A stretch of 64,000 nucleotides of DNA, taken from Octopus sinensis (lineage: Eukaryota). How positions within the stretch are numbered: position 1 is the first letter of the stretch; the number at the start of each line of letters is the position of its first letter. Below, piece by piece: positions 38,585-53,484 of this stretch. The stretch is taken from assembly GCF_006345805.1 (NCBI RefSeq), contig NC_043000.1:130572001-130636000 (forward strand). Direction: 5' to 3'. The notes beneath the pieces were generated by a model. That model saw only the letters and a program-made list of their open reading frames with translations, did no database searches and had not been told where the DNA came from. The position numbers and the translations under genes are program-made.

Positions 38585-38744
38585 TGAATTAGGGTAAATG
38601 TTTTTAAATTTTCACCTAATTTCTGAATTACTATTACTTAGCGGTTTGAGTCCTGGCTGCTTCTTCTAGTGGGCCGAATGGCCTATTAAGGCCATTCCTT
38701 AATTGTATATATATATATTATATATATATATATGTGTGTGTGTG

Positions 38745-38780
<36 letters not shown>

Positions 38781-38794
38781 ATATATAATATATA

Positions 38795-38842
<48 letters not shown>

Positions 38843-38845
38843 ATA

Positions 38846-38903
<58 letters not shown>

Positions 38904-40966
38904 CACACAGTGCAGTACAGAAGTTGGTAGATAGAGACAATATTTGAGCAGAAGGTAATACCTAAAGTTTTTGAGTTTATTCGAACAGGTTACACCAATA
39001 TTTATATTAAAAAATGCAGTGTGTTTGTATTAGTAACAATAATATGCATTATACGATTACGTTAGCTACATCCGCACAACAAATATTTTATGGCAAAAGC
39101 AAAGATTATTAATTAGAAACGCAGCCGTTATTTTTTATATAACACACCGTAAGTTAATGTTTTTTACTTGCATCTTTGGCTATATGGCTATAATCTCTCA
39201 AGGAGCTATTTCTTGTTAGGTGGGGTTCTTTGAAACCATTTATGCTAGTTTACTTAAGTCCTTCTCCTAACATTTCACATTCCAGAAATTAACCCTATAA
39301 TTCAGTTTTCTAAACGCAGCAGTGCTTTGTTAAGTCACCACTGCAAAGTCATTTGGAAGCAGGTCAACGTTGGAATCAATTTCCTACGAAAGTTGAGATA
39401 TTTTCATTGTTACATCTTACAATAGAATTCCTTGCACCCCGAGCATGATGCATATTAATGTACAGCTCACCACTATAAGTACACAGTATTACTGTATAAT
39501 TGTTTAGTATTACCTGAGCTTTCAAAAGATGGTGCTGTACTGATCCGGTACACAAAGAAGCACTAATTTATAACATTTGTCTGCACATGTCTGAAGAATC
39601 CAATTCTATTCAACCATCATGATTTAGAACAGTTTACTCTCTTTCAAGTCACTATCTCCAAGTACTTTTCCCCGATTCACTGTGAAATTATCAGCTAAGT
39701 AAGACAAATCAATAAGTGTGAATACAATACCGAAGACGAAGTGCAGTGTTCTGTTTTGAATAGAGTAAATATTCATTATAGCAGATAAAGAACATAACAT
39801 TTGAACCCTTCCGTCTGTTTGCTATAATTTACTTTTATCTACGAAAACTAATTGGCACAAAAAACGCGAAAGACGACATATTGACGTGTTGATGGCGACA
39901 AATGCGAAATTATGCATTATACGTCGTGAAGCTTCCATCAACGTAAGTTCTGAATACTCTGTATTTTACATGTTTATTATTTCCTACTTTCTTTCTAGGT
40001 TCGTGTTTGTAAACACTTCTTTCTGCTTATTATAATTCTTGTTTATGTTTCTTTTTGTTTCCAATTTATGAGGTTTTCATGATTTCGGTTGCTTTGAAGT
40101 CATATAAATAACATTTCTTTACTTCCTTTGTTATATTATTTTTTCAGATAGAGCAATTATTATAAGAGTTGTATTTTGGTTAATAACTACAAATCATACT
40201 ATAAACACGTTTAAATTCATTGATTGCAAACCAGTTCTATCATTTCCAAGGATGTAGTTAAATCAATTTGAATTTGGTTCCAGTAACCAAGCAACTACAT
40301 GTAATTAAAAAGAGCATTCTTTAATGTCATAGATTTTAGGAATAAAACAGTTCTGGCAAAAATCCAACTTGTTTATTTTGTTTGTTTGTTGTATTTTTTT
40401 CTTTTGTTTCTCCTTAGAAACACAGAAACCTCGCGAGGAATAATAATAAAAGAAAAGCATATATGAAATATTAAAAAGGATTTTTCACTATGATGAACGC
40501 CTTTAAAATAGTTTTAATGTGAAATTAATTAAAGCACTGTGTTTAAAAAAATGTAGTAGCAATTTATCTCACGTGGAAATTTTTACCGTTTGTCATAATA
40601 TTTGTGCTGTTGTATTCTTCAGTCGTCGAGGAAAGAAAGAAAATTTGTATCTGGTTGATAAGATTCAAGCACTTCATTAATTATCATAATTTAATATCCG
40701 TAAAATACATGAATCAAAAACTAGAATATTAAAATCTGAAATTCCTTTGTATGTTTTTGAGTTAGAGAATTAAAGGAAGTAATCACACCGAAGACACAGA
40801 GAATACTTGATTCAGTGCACGTATGTCTACGTTTGCTATCTTTTTGGCGGTGCACTGATGTATGTAAACTTCAGTTGTCAGATACACATTCGTGCTCATT
40901 CATGTCGTGCACTCATGGATAAAGCGATAATTTGTAATGTCCAGCTTTCAGCTAATTGTTTTAAGC

Positions 40967-41017
<51 letters not shown>

Positions 41018-41171
41018 TCATATTCAAGCATACACACATTCACAAACACTCTCATCTACATAAACATGCAAAAAAGACTTAGATACTACATCTAATTGCG
41101 CAGACACACGCACACACGCGCTTAAGTGAATGTAGGTTACATAAAGCAAACAGGAGAAAAAAGATATGCAG

Positions 41172-42180
<1,009 letters not shown>

Positions 42181-44248
42181 GTACATTCAGTTTACGCCCT
42201 GACATGCGAGTCTTGTAAGATTAATACCCCAGTCATTTTTTACAAATTATTTGCAAAAGACATTGACATAAATTAAATAGATTATTTTAACAGCACGGTA
42301 GAATTCAGCACAGAAAGTTACCCCCCTTGGGATTTCTTTCCCGCTCTATCATTCTTATGATGTGTAGAAAAGCTGCCACTAAATGCGGTTGTTCTCAAAG
42401 ATATATTTTTTACATTACATTACTTGATATCATTAACTAGGCGCTAAGTATATTTTTCAACAGGTTTTGTTATATGCAATTATGAAAGTATCAAAGGAAT
42501 AGAAAAGTTATATCTACCGAGTGTAGAATAACCAAACGTATTACTGACAGTACATAAAATACTCAAAATATGTATGTTAATGTTATTCTATGTTCATGAA
42601 CGCACTAAATTTGCTTCAAAAAGGACTATATATATTTATCTTAGGTAGATGCTTACCGGATCTGATACTACCCTGTTTCTGTGAATTCTTGAAAAAGAAT
42701 ACTGATTGTCGAATATTTGATCCATAAAGTCTGTCGATATTTAGTGCAAATTGATGGCGGTGAATTGGTAGAGTGAGCAGAGAGACAAGCACAATGGCGG
42801 TGAATTTGTAGAAGCAAGCAAAGCGGTGGATACAATAGTGGTTAATTAGCAGCATGAGGTAGGAGGACAAACACAATGGCAGCTGATTGAAAGAACTGCC
42901 AGAGCGGCAAACAAAATACCTGTGGATTAGCAGAATCAAGTAGAATGATGGGGAGAATAATGACTGATTGATAGATTCGATAGAATGAAACACAAAAATA
43001 ACAAAAAAAGGCGATAGAGTGACAAAAATGATGTAACGCAATAAAAATCACAGCGTTAGATTGGTATATATTATAAACGAACCCTTAACACAACTGAAAG
43101 CCAAATACAACAAATATTTTCCAGTAGCAAAATATCTCTAATATAATCCTTTATATCAAAATTATAGCATTCAAATCTCATCTTGAACCATGAAATTAAA
43201 CGAAATAATGTCAGGTGTTTAATGCGAAAGTATTTTAGTCTAGAAAACATTTACTACTGTAACTCGAGAGGAATTTGATCCTTTCTCTCATTAGCCACTT
43301 TGACTTGGGTAAATATTTTTGATGGCAGAACGAATAATTCAACTATGCCGAGGTATTTCTCCGAGAAGCAATCTAGTTTTAACCGATATAATGAAAGTAT
43401 ACTCAACGTTCAATATATGTGTTTGTATAGAATCCATTGCTTTATTAGCTCCTGCAAATAGAAGGAAGCACTCGTGGGCTTCCATAATTAACTTCATCTC
43501 AATTGTCTGAATCAAATTTCAAAATATTACAGGTAACGAAATGGTAGGGTTGTTAGAACTTCGGGAAAATATCAAGCAGTGTTTATTCCAGCTTCTTACG
43601 TACCGAGTTCAATTACTACCGAGGTCAGCATTACCGTTCATATTTCCGTGGTCGATAACTAATGTACCACTCTGAGGCGGGTCGGAAGGCGGACAGATCC
43701 TGGACAGAATGCATTGCGGTAATTGTTCAGGCTCTTAGAGTTTCTTTTTCAGATCTCAGCTAAGAACGGAGTCTAATGTGTTACAAACACTCTGGTTTGA
43801 CGTACGTATTTACGTGTTTCTACCAGTCTCGGAGGCTTACAAAAGGTTCAGGGTTGCTGCCCTCCTCACGACTAAGTAATAACAAATACTATATAGACTG
43901 TTTACTTTATTTAGTTGCTATAATAATCTCTCATCATAAAAATATCCTTCGATTATACATAATTAATCTGTACATATACGTATCATTCACATTTAGCTCA
44001 TATATTATTCAATCCATCAAACAAATGAATGTCGTCACGGGATCATGGTGTTTATTTACTTATTTATTTGCTTCTAGTTTTAATTTGTGTGTGTGTGTGT
44101 GTGTGCGCGCGCGCAGGTGTGTGTGTGTGTGTGTGTGTTTGTGGATGTGAGTGTGCGTTTGGGTGTTGAATGAAGGTCTACACATTTCAAGGGAGTTGGT
44201 ACAGAAGAGAATTACTTTCTGGATGATACGATAGTTAAGTAAACTGTC

Positions 44249-44629
44249 TTTATTATCTCCACCTTCGTTAAGGCCGAAGTATTGTTTTCAGTCGCGTTTG
44301 TTTATTTGTTTGTTCGTCCGTGGAAAATATATCTCAAGAACCGCTGGATGGATTCGGATAAATCTTTCAGGGTGTTTGGCCTCCTGACTAGCACAAACTG
44401 ATTAGATTTTGGGATCGATCCGGTACCAGACAAGGATTCTTAATTATTTTTCCTGTTTTTTTTTTAACTTAACTTTTGAGAACGGTCGATTTCATTATTA
44501 GTATTCTCGTTTGTGAGACCAGTCAAGTATATTTTAGATATTCTCATTTCAAATATCGTCTTCAGTTAATCGTTGAGAGAACATTGATATCGCCGCGGCG
44601 GAAGTTTGCGTTCTCTGAGTGCTCTTGTT
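44249..44629 (+). mobile_element. Non-autonomous Helentron-type element (HINE/DINE-1-like)
   Basis: T-rich start, subterminal inverted repeat ATCTCCACC / GGCGGAAGT, a (GTTT)n patch near the 5' end, and 3' hairpin GCGTTCTCTGAGTGC followed by a T-rich end. Confidence 0.6.
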
Positions 44630-44969
44630 GAAATTAAGATAATTTCTGACTCGATTAAGTTTCTATGCATTGAATTGTTCTCGTTTCATTATCATACATG
44701 AAATTTGAGCGAAAAGACTGAACACCGGAATGTGTCTCCTCTTCTTACATTTCGTTAATACATCCATATAGAAGCCTACAATTTACTTACACTTCATTTT
44801 TCAGTAACACAGTTAGGCTTGGCTCCAGAAATGAAGCTCTGGTTTTCATGATCCTTTGATTCTTTGATTGTTCTTGTGTCAATTATTTTCTCCTTACCAA
44901 GTTGAATGTTGCATTTTGAGCTATATTTGGTTATTATTATTGTTGTTTTCTTGTTGCAATGGTAGTAGC

Positions 44970-45020
<51 letters not shown>

Positions 45021-45089
45021 TGTAGTTGTTGTTATTGTTGTTTATACCCCTGGATATATATCATCAAACCATGTTATGACCAAAGGTAC

Positions 45090-45489
45090 AGTGCGGGGTT
45101 TCTTTCCATTTCAATCAGTGGTGTTGTGGACGAATGAGCATCGCATGTGTCCCTACGACACTTACGTGAAGAATAGCGAGCAGTTCAGCGCGAGTTCGGA
45201 GTCACTTCAACATTCATCAAATCATGTTGTTCCCCCCGTAGCACAATCTTACGCTGGGTGAATGCACTTCGTACACAAAGTACACTAATAATTAGGAGAC
45301 TGGTGGGAGCGCCACGAATGGTACGGATCCTGGAAAATGTGGAACGCGTCAGACTATCTTTGATATGGAGTCCGAATCGACGTATGCGGTTTCAGCAGGA
45401 AGGGGTAACGGCCCACACGGGCATATGACATAGTACTTTAGAGCGCAGTCTACTAACCCCAAGATTCCGAGTTCGATCCCAAATAGTGA

Positions 45490-45537
<48 letters not shown>

Positions 45538-45782
45538 CATTGAAAAATCCCTTAGGAATGAGAACCCAGGTTTGAAATTTTCCCAAGACACCTGATGAAG
45601 GTTGTAGGGTATATCAGCCGAAACGTTGTCTTAACAACAAACAAGATGAGGACAAATATCCGTCAAATGTAAATAATGTAAATAATGTAGAATACACAGA
45701 AGTCAATAAAATTTGTTTGCAGCTAAAATTAATGATTTTGTGAAATTTTCAAAAACGTCTGTCTTCTCAGCCCCATCCTATA
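45090..45782 (+). mobile_element. Deleted second copy of the DD41D mariner, interrupted by a SINE
   Basis: 45140-45418 matches about 21940-22190 and 22635-22672. 45690-45782 matches the right end and TIR at 23003-23101. Confidence 0.8.
45419..45690 (+). mobile_element. tRNA-headed SINE (family E) with internal (AAT)n and a hammerhead-like motif
   Basis: Decayed A box TGACATAGTA, B box GAGTTCGATCC (about 45469), (AAT)n at 45494-45537, CTGATGA-AGGTTG...CAGCC-GAAACGTT at 45592-45627, and tail (AATGTAAAT)n. Confidence 0.7.
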
Positions 45783-46164
45783 TTTCAGTTCCCTCAGATG
45801 ACAGAATTATCATAACCTCTCACTTTTGATATTTCTTATTCATTCTTTACTTCAGTTGCTTTAGCTTCCAGAACAATAAAATCTGCTCGTATATTGTAGA
45901 ACGTGTGTTTGCTTTTTAAATGTTATGGTTTAAAGGAAACTTAGCTGTTATTTATAGCTTTCCCCGCGTCGCATCTGAGTTCTATCATCGACTCGTCTTA
46001 TAGCTACGATTCTGTTTGCTATTGTTTCTATTGATGTCGTCGATACAAACAATAACAATCTTATATTTAACCTCATTTCATTTATCATCAACCTATTAAC
46101 CTTTCCGTCTGTTATTCTGGATTTACTGGTAATAAGTGCCGTCGCTAGTGTTGTTACTGTTATT

Positions 46165-46583
46165 TTTATTTCTTTATTGCCTACGAGGGGCTAAACATAG
46201 AGGGGACAAACAAGGACAGACAAACGGATTAAGTCGATTACATCGACCCCAGTGTGTAACTGGTACTTATTTAATCGACCCCGAAAAGATGAAAGTTAAA
46301 GTTGACCTCGGCGGAATTTGAACTTAGAACGTAGCGGCAGACGAAATACCTATTTCTTTACTAACTACAAGGGGCTAAACACAGAGGGGACAAACAAGGC
46401 CAGACAAACGGATTAAGTTGATTACATCGACCCCAGTGCGTAACTGGTACTTAATTTATCGACCCCAAAAGGATGAAAGGCAAAGTCGACCTCAGCGGAA
46501 TTTGAACTCAGAATGTAACGGCAGACGAAATACGGTTACGCATTTCGCCCGGTGTGCTATCGATTCTGCCAGCTAGCCACCTT
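46165..46583 (-). mobile_element. SINE family A dimer
   Basis: Two ~183-bp bodies joined at GACGAAATACCTATTTCTTT. Confidence 0.88.
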
Positions 46584-46839
46584 CACGGTTTTGTTACTGT
46601 TGGTATAATTCTATCAGTTTTATGGTATTTGTCAGCGTTGTTATTTATGGGGGAAAATATTTTTAAAACTCATTATCCTTCATCACATAAAGGAACACAT
46701 TAAACTCCGCTGTATGTCTCAATACATATCACTTCTGTAGGCGTCACAAAAATAGGTCTGTTTGACTCGCCAGCAAGCTCGTATAATCTTCTGAAATAGT
46801 TAAGATAGGTGACTTAAACGATTTCATGTTTCCTTTAAG

Positions 46840-47176
46840 TCTGAGACCCCCTTCGGTCACGACACAGACCATGGGATTGCACCTAGAAAGTAACCCTCCC
46901 AGGCACAAGTCCGGGCAAGGTTGTTTATGGAAGACCAGCAGTTGCCTATGCAAACTGGCCTCCCCTCTCCATGCCACCAGTGTTATCCAAGGGAAGGGCA
47001 ACGGCTGATACAGCTTGGCACCTGTGACGTCGCTTCTCATTTGTACAGCTGAGTGAACTGGAGCAACGTGAAATAAAGTGTCTTGCTCAAGAGCACAACA
47101 TGCAGCCCGGTCCGGGATCCGAGCTCACAACCTCACGATCGTAAGCTCGACGCTCTAACCACTGAGCCATGCGCCT
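46840..47176 (-). mobile_element. SINE family D head with an alternative 3' tail
   Basis: Head GGCGCATGGCTCAGTGGTTAGAGCG, body GTTGCTCCAGTTCACTCAGCTG, and flanking CTTTAAGT repeat. Confidence 0.8.
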
Positions 47177-47773
47177 TTAAGTAGCATATGACGAATCAAA
47201 GGGTGAACTCACGCGCTACCTAAATTCGTATTCGCTAAATTACAATTATTACATTAAGCATAGAATCTCACAAACACACATACACTATGAACGTATATGG
47301 TTGTGTGTATGTGTACCAGAGCAGTAACACTGCATGGCAACAGCCCAGCGGTTGGGCCCTAGGAAAGTGCCAAAGAATATTTACCCTTGTGTTTGTATAC
47401 GTGTATAAGTCTACACACGCATATACAGTAGATATTCAACAATTAATAAATAAGTAGATAATGAAATAAATATATCAACACTCTTTGTGAGTTACTAACG
47501 GTGTAAGAAAATGTACTGGAAAGATAAAACGCAATTTATATACAATAGAGGTAATTAATTGTCCAAAAATTAATAGCGCGTTGATCCGCCCGCCTGAATG
47601 AGATAACAACAACACCAACAATAATAATAACAACAGCAACAACTCCAAAGAAAAAAACAACACAGCAAACGTAATAACAATAATAGAAATTTCTTATACT
47701 TACATACATATCGATAGGTAACTTCTGAGACAAGCACACTATTTCGTGTGCGTGTGTTTGTGTGTGTACCTCC

Positions 47774-47778
<5 letters not shown>

Positions 47779-47844
<66 letters not shown>

Positions 47845-47851
47845 CATACAT

Positions 47852-47885
<34 letters not shown>

Positions 47886-47894
47886 ATATATATA

Positions 47895-47942
<48 letters not shown>

Positions 47943-47993
47943 ATATAAATATACATATACATATATATACATATACATACACACACACACACT

Positions 47994-48031
<38 letters not shown>

Positions 48032-48070
48032 ATATATATATATATGTGTGTGTGTGTGTGTATATATATG
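47779..48070. repeat. (TA)n/(CA)n compound microsatellite
   Basis: Visible directly. Similar blocks occur at 3806-3982, 38706-38900, 49134-49270 and 62945-63440. Confidence 0.95.
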
Positions 48071-48435
48071 TATGAATGTATGTATATCAAGGTGTGACAT
48101 GTGCGTAAGAATATGTGTGTGCGTGTGATTGTGTGTGATGATAGACATAATTTGTGCTCATAGTAATTATGAAGAACTACCTCATAGTCATAATAGCTAC
48201 AAGTATCACAAAACACAGGAGGTTTGGGAAACTCACAACATTAGTGAGTAGAGTATCTTTGAAATCCATTATATAAACAAAATACTTATTCCTGGCCAGA
48301 TATTACCAAGCTAAATGTAGTGTGAAATTATTCAGAGGTTTCTGGAAATGGAATGGAAATCACGAAAATAAACAAGTGTCTGGAAATCCTCTGACACCAA
48401 ATATATCATACATAAAGTCCTGTGTTTCTCTATAT

Positions 48436-48819
48436 GTTGGAAGCACTCCGTCGGTTACGACGACGAGGGTTCCGGTTGATCCGAATCAACGGAACAGCCT
48501 GCTCGTGAAATTAACGTGTAAGTGGCTGAGCACTCCACAGACACGTGTAACCTTAACGTAGTTCTCGGGGATATTCAGCGTGACACAGAGAGTGACAAGG
48601 CCGGCCTTTTGAAATACAGGTACAACAGAAACAGGAAGTAAGAGTGAGAGAGAGTTGTGGTGAAAGAGTACAGCAGGGATCACCACCATCCCCTGCCGGA
48701 GACTCGTGGAGCTTTAGGTCTTTTCGCTCAATAAACACTCACAACGCCCGGTCTGGGAATCGAAACCGCGATCCTATGACCGCGAGTCCGCTGCCCTAAC
48801 CACTGGGCCACTGCGCCTC
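48436..48819 (-). mobile_element. SINE family C, full length, with a 12-bp TSD
   Basis: tRNA-like head. TSD GTTTCTCTATAT at 48424-48435 and 48820-48831. Confidence 0.9.
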
Positions 48820-49131
48820 GTTTCTCTATATACCCACTCATACACACATATACACACATACACACACATACACACACACGTACACATATGCATGCACATA
48901 CCACACATACTCACATACACGCGTAAAACTCATACACAGACACACACTACTCACACATACATATACATACACATCCTTACTTGCCTGTATATTTTCCGCA
49001 AGTGCTGACTTGTAAACATTCGGAAGGAACATCAAATCTTGAAGGCCCTGCTAAGGATACAGCCAATATCATATGGCGTTCAGAGGCAGCTATTAAGATC
49101 ATTTCTCTGTGTGTGTATTTATATGTGTGTT

Positions 49132-49254
<123 letters not shown>

Positions 49255-49329
49255 GCATATATATATATATATGCATATATTGCTAACGTGCGAGTGAAAA
49301 TGAGAGGGGAAGGAGAAGTTCATAGCATT

Positions 49330-49525
49330 GATTTCAAATTTTGGCACGATGCCAGCATCTTCCTGGGAGTGGGGTAAATCGATTATGTCGACCTCAACGT
49401 TCTATTTTATCGACCCAGAAAGAATGGGAAGTAAAGACGACCTCGGCAGAATATGAACTCAGAGCGCAAGGACAGACGAAATGCTGCTAAGCATTTTTCT
49501 CAGTGAGCTAAATATTCTGCCAGGT
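49330..49525 (-). mobile_element. Degenerate SINE family A
   Basis: TTTATCGACCCAGAAAGAATG...GACCTCGGCAGAATATGAACTCAG...GACGAAATG. Confidence 0.7.
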
Positions 49526-50149
49526 AGTCGACTTAGACGAGCTCATAGTATTGGTATGTGTACATATGTTAAAAGAACCAGAGTTAAATTTGGCAGGTAT
49601 TCATTTATATACATGTTAAATAGCGTCTAATATGTGACAATGATTACAAAGTTCATGTAAATTGGTGAGCAACAGTCACTGTTGCAATATATTACATCAA
49701 GCTAAGAATGTATATTTAAATAGTTACAACTGTATACGTGCCTACACACACGCACGCACACATGCTGCACAAAACGCATACATACATAATTGTGTTGATT
49801 TGTGAGCATATGTGCGATGTAATAAGTTTCGTGGTGATACGGATGTATATGATTTGAATGTGGTAAATGATGAGTACTTGTATGTGATGGTTACATGTGG
49901 TGCCTTATGGTGAGGAAATGTGTGCAGAGAAGTTTGATTAGAAGTATGTTTGTTGGTATAAGATGAGACAGTGTACGAATGAATGCATATGCATGCTTGT
50001 GCAAATGTGGAGTAAGTAGTTACGCCCGTTTGCCAGTGTGTGTACTTAACAAGTCTATAGCTGTAGGGATGTATATTTGAATGTGTATGTGTTTTGTGAG
50101 ATGTGTTGTGTGTGTGTAAGCTTGGAGAGCTATGTGGGAGCATGGAATG

Positions 50150-51400
50150 AAGTTTGGTTGGATGCGTTTAGTGTGAACGTGATTGCGCTACTCAAAAGCA
50201 AAAAGGTGGAGTAGTTGAGGTTGAAGCTAAGGGCGTTGTCGTCTGTGTAGCGCATAGCAAGAGTTCTGTGGTATGAAATTACTCTATTGACAAAGAGATG
50301 AAATATAGTCTGTGCAAATGAGTCGAAAGATAGACCGACAGCTGATATGGTTTTGTTAAGCGGACAGCCATGATGCGATACGTTAACATACGGTTGCTGA
50401 AAATATAACAGATCGCAAAACTAACATCTAAAACAGTAAATGACATTTGTAATGATGTAGTTGAAATTATCTATGAAAAAGAAGTGATGCTGGTTGGATC
50501 CAAGAAGTGTAGTTGTTTTGTCGATGCAAAAGTATGTGTTATACCGGGCTGGGACGCAGGGGAAAGATTTGGCTTGAGTTTAGAATGGATATGTCACGAA
50601 CTAAGAAAACATGCAAATTAGTAACCTGTTTGAAGGGGGGAAGGGACGTTCATGGAACATGGAGAAGTGGCAGAGCCCAAGCAAAAGCGGTAGAAAGCGC
50701 ACAAGATGAGCCGTTGACGGAATAAAATATAAAGACGGAAGATGAGTTGATTACCAAACAGATGAGGGCGGAACGGGTGCGTGGTATGATTTCAGAGATG
50801 TCAGGTTTAGCTGACAATAACCCGGATGTGAGCAGGAAGGCTATCAAATGAGACTATATCTCAGATGCCTTATCACAGCTATTAAGTCTGTGAAGGCGTA
50901 GGAATTTTGAACAAAGTTTTTAAGATTTAGATTAATTGAAGTGAAGATACGACATTCAGGTAGTTTGGGAGTCAGTCGGTTTATGGACTGGGGATGGAGC
51001 GTTAGGTAGCTTCTGGTCCTGAATGGTGACTGGGATGCCAAAGAAATTAACAGAAATTAATAGGGGAGTGGGTGGCAGGAATCGACGAGGTTGATGAAAG
51101 TGATAAATTTTGAATACGTGAGAGAAGTGGTACTGATGCAATCATCAATCTAACAATTATAAAGTTCTAAGGTAGGACCAGTGAACTGGATAAAGATATG
51201 AGTCGCAGCATAGCCAACAAATATATTAGTATAGATAAGGCCCATCCTATTTTCCATAGCCACCCCATTGATTGACTCCTGTTAAAATTTGCCGTTGGAA
51301 AAAGCAAGAACAAGTTCAGCAACACAGAGGAGGGTAGGGTTATTAAGCTCAATGTTTGCACAAAGTTCTAGGAAGAACTTGAGGATGTGGAGATTATTAT
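50150..51400 (-). pseudogene. Possible highly decayed LINE ORF2 remnant
   Basis: A minus-strand YTDD at about 50240 and coding-like composition. The other motifs are barely readable. Confidence 0.3.
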
Positions 51401-52622
51401 CAGATGGGATGACGGTGTGCAGAAAGAACAGAGAAATGACGACTAGATAATAAAAAGGACGAATTGAAAATGGAAGAGCACTATTAATGGCATAAATGCC
51501 ATGAACTGGAGAGCCTGTGGAAGTACTCGGAAATCAGCACACAAAAGCAAAGTAAATGCTGAGGTATTCGCAGAAATCGCCTACTCTTACTTCTGTTTCA
51601 TATCGGTTGATACTAGGAAGTACTTGGTTAAAGAATATAGTGAAACTAGACTCGGAATTTAATTACATAAATACCTATACACATATTCGTATAACTCTCT
51701 GCTCTATTCCTTTACAATGATACATAGCGCATTTAATTGATCTTGCGACACACATAAGTGATAAAAACACGCATGTGTACACACATTTATACACACGAAA
51801 ACAGACACACAAACTCACACACTCCAACACACAAATAGTACGTATAATTTAAACATAGAAACGAATTATTGTGTCCCTATTTTAACATAAATAATTCCAT
51901 ATGAAAAGACTATGTTAAATGTTAACTTTCCTTAATAATACAGCTGAATATATTTTCTGCGAATTTCAATTCAATATGGTAAAAGAAAATTTAGCCTCTA
52001 TTTCAATATTGAAAATGAAAGAAGGAAAAGAATGACATCAAATATAGTTTCCATTAAAATCCTAACCAAAAATACAATATTCAGGTTTCTGAAGTAAACT
52101 TCAATGAAAGAAGCATGAAAAAAAAAAGAAAATAGAAAAACAGAAAATATTAAAAAATCATAATTCTCATTTCATTCCTATAGGCGATTGTAAATACTAA
52201 ATAATATATTCTGTGTTCAAAGTAGAGAATTGTGCAAAAAGAAACATAATTATTTATTTCTATATTCATTATGACCATATTTACACAAAAGGTAAATCTA
52301 AGAAGTTGAATAATGGAGTTTAGAAAAAAAATCTCTTTTTTGTGAGATTCCTTTGTTTCAGTTGGAATTTAAAAGTAAAATGTTTAGCCATAATATTCTT
52401 TTGATCTTACCTCAGATTTTTTAGTATTAATTTTCTAAATTAAATATATAAATATATAATAAGGGAAAAATAATCTATACATTAATGAATATTTTTCGTT
52501 TTGTTTATCTCACTTTTGGTTAATTATGACACTGTGTGAATGTGCGCGCCTATGTTTCTCTGTTTATGCGTATTGACGAATTGAAGGTAGTGTGAAGAAC
52601 TATTAAATAAATAAATAAATAA

Positions 52623-52655
<33 letters not shown>

Positions 52656-52734
52656 TGTATGTATGTATGTATGTATGTATGTATGTATGTATAAATGCGT
52701 AAGTATGTATGTATTATGTACGTATGTAGTGAAG

Positions 52735-52980
52735 TCACGTTTTTTAGTGGTTAGCGTATTCGGCTGATGATTGCAAAGTAGTGAGTCCGATTCCCGGCGG
52801 CGCAAAATACTTTATTTGACATTGTTCCAGTCTATTCAGCTATTTGTATATTTAATTCAAACGGCCGGCCTTGTCACATTCTGTTTTAGGCGTGTCTGTG
52901 GAGTGATCAGCCACGAGCAGACTGTTCGGTTGATTCGGACTAATTGGAACCCACGACGTCGTAACCGACAGAGTGCCAGT
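52735..52980 (+). mobile_element. Degenerate SINE with a family D-like head and the tail seen at 48436-48610
   Basis: TAGTGGTTAGCGTATTC...CGATTCCCGG, and GGCCGGCCTTGTCAC...CGTCGTAACCGAC. Confidence 0.6.
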
Positions 52981-53049
52981 TATATATGTAAATATATGTA
53001 AATATATGTATGTGTATGTCTTAGTGAATATACAAAAAATCTATCCAAT

Positions 53050-53484
53050 ATTGGGGTCTCTGGAAAGTTACTACAATGGAGCAAGTGTTTCCTGACAGGC
53101 AGAACCCATCACGTTGTAGTCGAAGGTGTAAAATCAAGTCCAGCCAAAGTCAGTAGTGGTGTTCCAGAAGGCATTATGTTGGGACCACTTCTTTTCAACA
53201 TCTATATCAATGACATTACTGACATCCTCAAGCGCAGTAACACAAGAAACGTTGCAGATGATTCCAAGATCCAGTATGTCATCAATGAAGTGGGTGACCG
53301 GGCATGACTTTAGTCAAATCTACTGACTATCATCCAGTGGATGGTAAAGAATAATATGCTTTTGATTAAGGACAAATTTGAGTTGATCTACTTCGGAAAA
53401 GAGGATACAATGAAACTCTCATACTCGCTTCCTTCAGGTGAAACTCCCACGGCATCGAACAGCATCACAGACTTGGGAGTAATC
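53050..53484 (+). pseudogene. CR1/L2/Jockey-type RT fragment
   Basis: VSSGVPEGIMLGPLLFNIYINDI...VADDSKI...WMVKNNM...DLGV. Confidence 0.8.

Larger units (their letters stand above)
37797..38706. mobile_element. Hammerhead-containing non-coding element (retrozyme or Penelope pLTR-like): ~466-bp monomer, partial tandem and inverted copy
   Basis: Direct repeat 37797-37936 / 38263-38400 and inverted repeat 37900-38200 / 38401-38706. Both outer ends lie in (TA)n. Confidence 0.8.

Noticed and set aside
42616-43041. 141-aa hydrophobic ORF
   Set aside because: It overlaps a degenerate ~82-bp tandem duplication in purine-rich sequence and has no recognisable domain.
47536-48216. Long ORFs rich in YI, CV, HT, LSIY, poly-L/I/N (also at 4501, 25138, 27101, 41079, 62801)
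   Set aside because: These are translations of microsatellites that lack stop codons, not genes.
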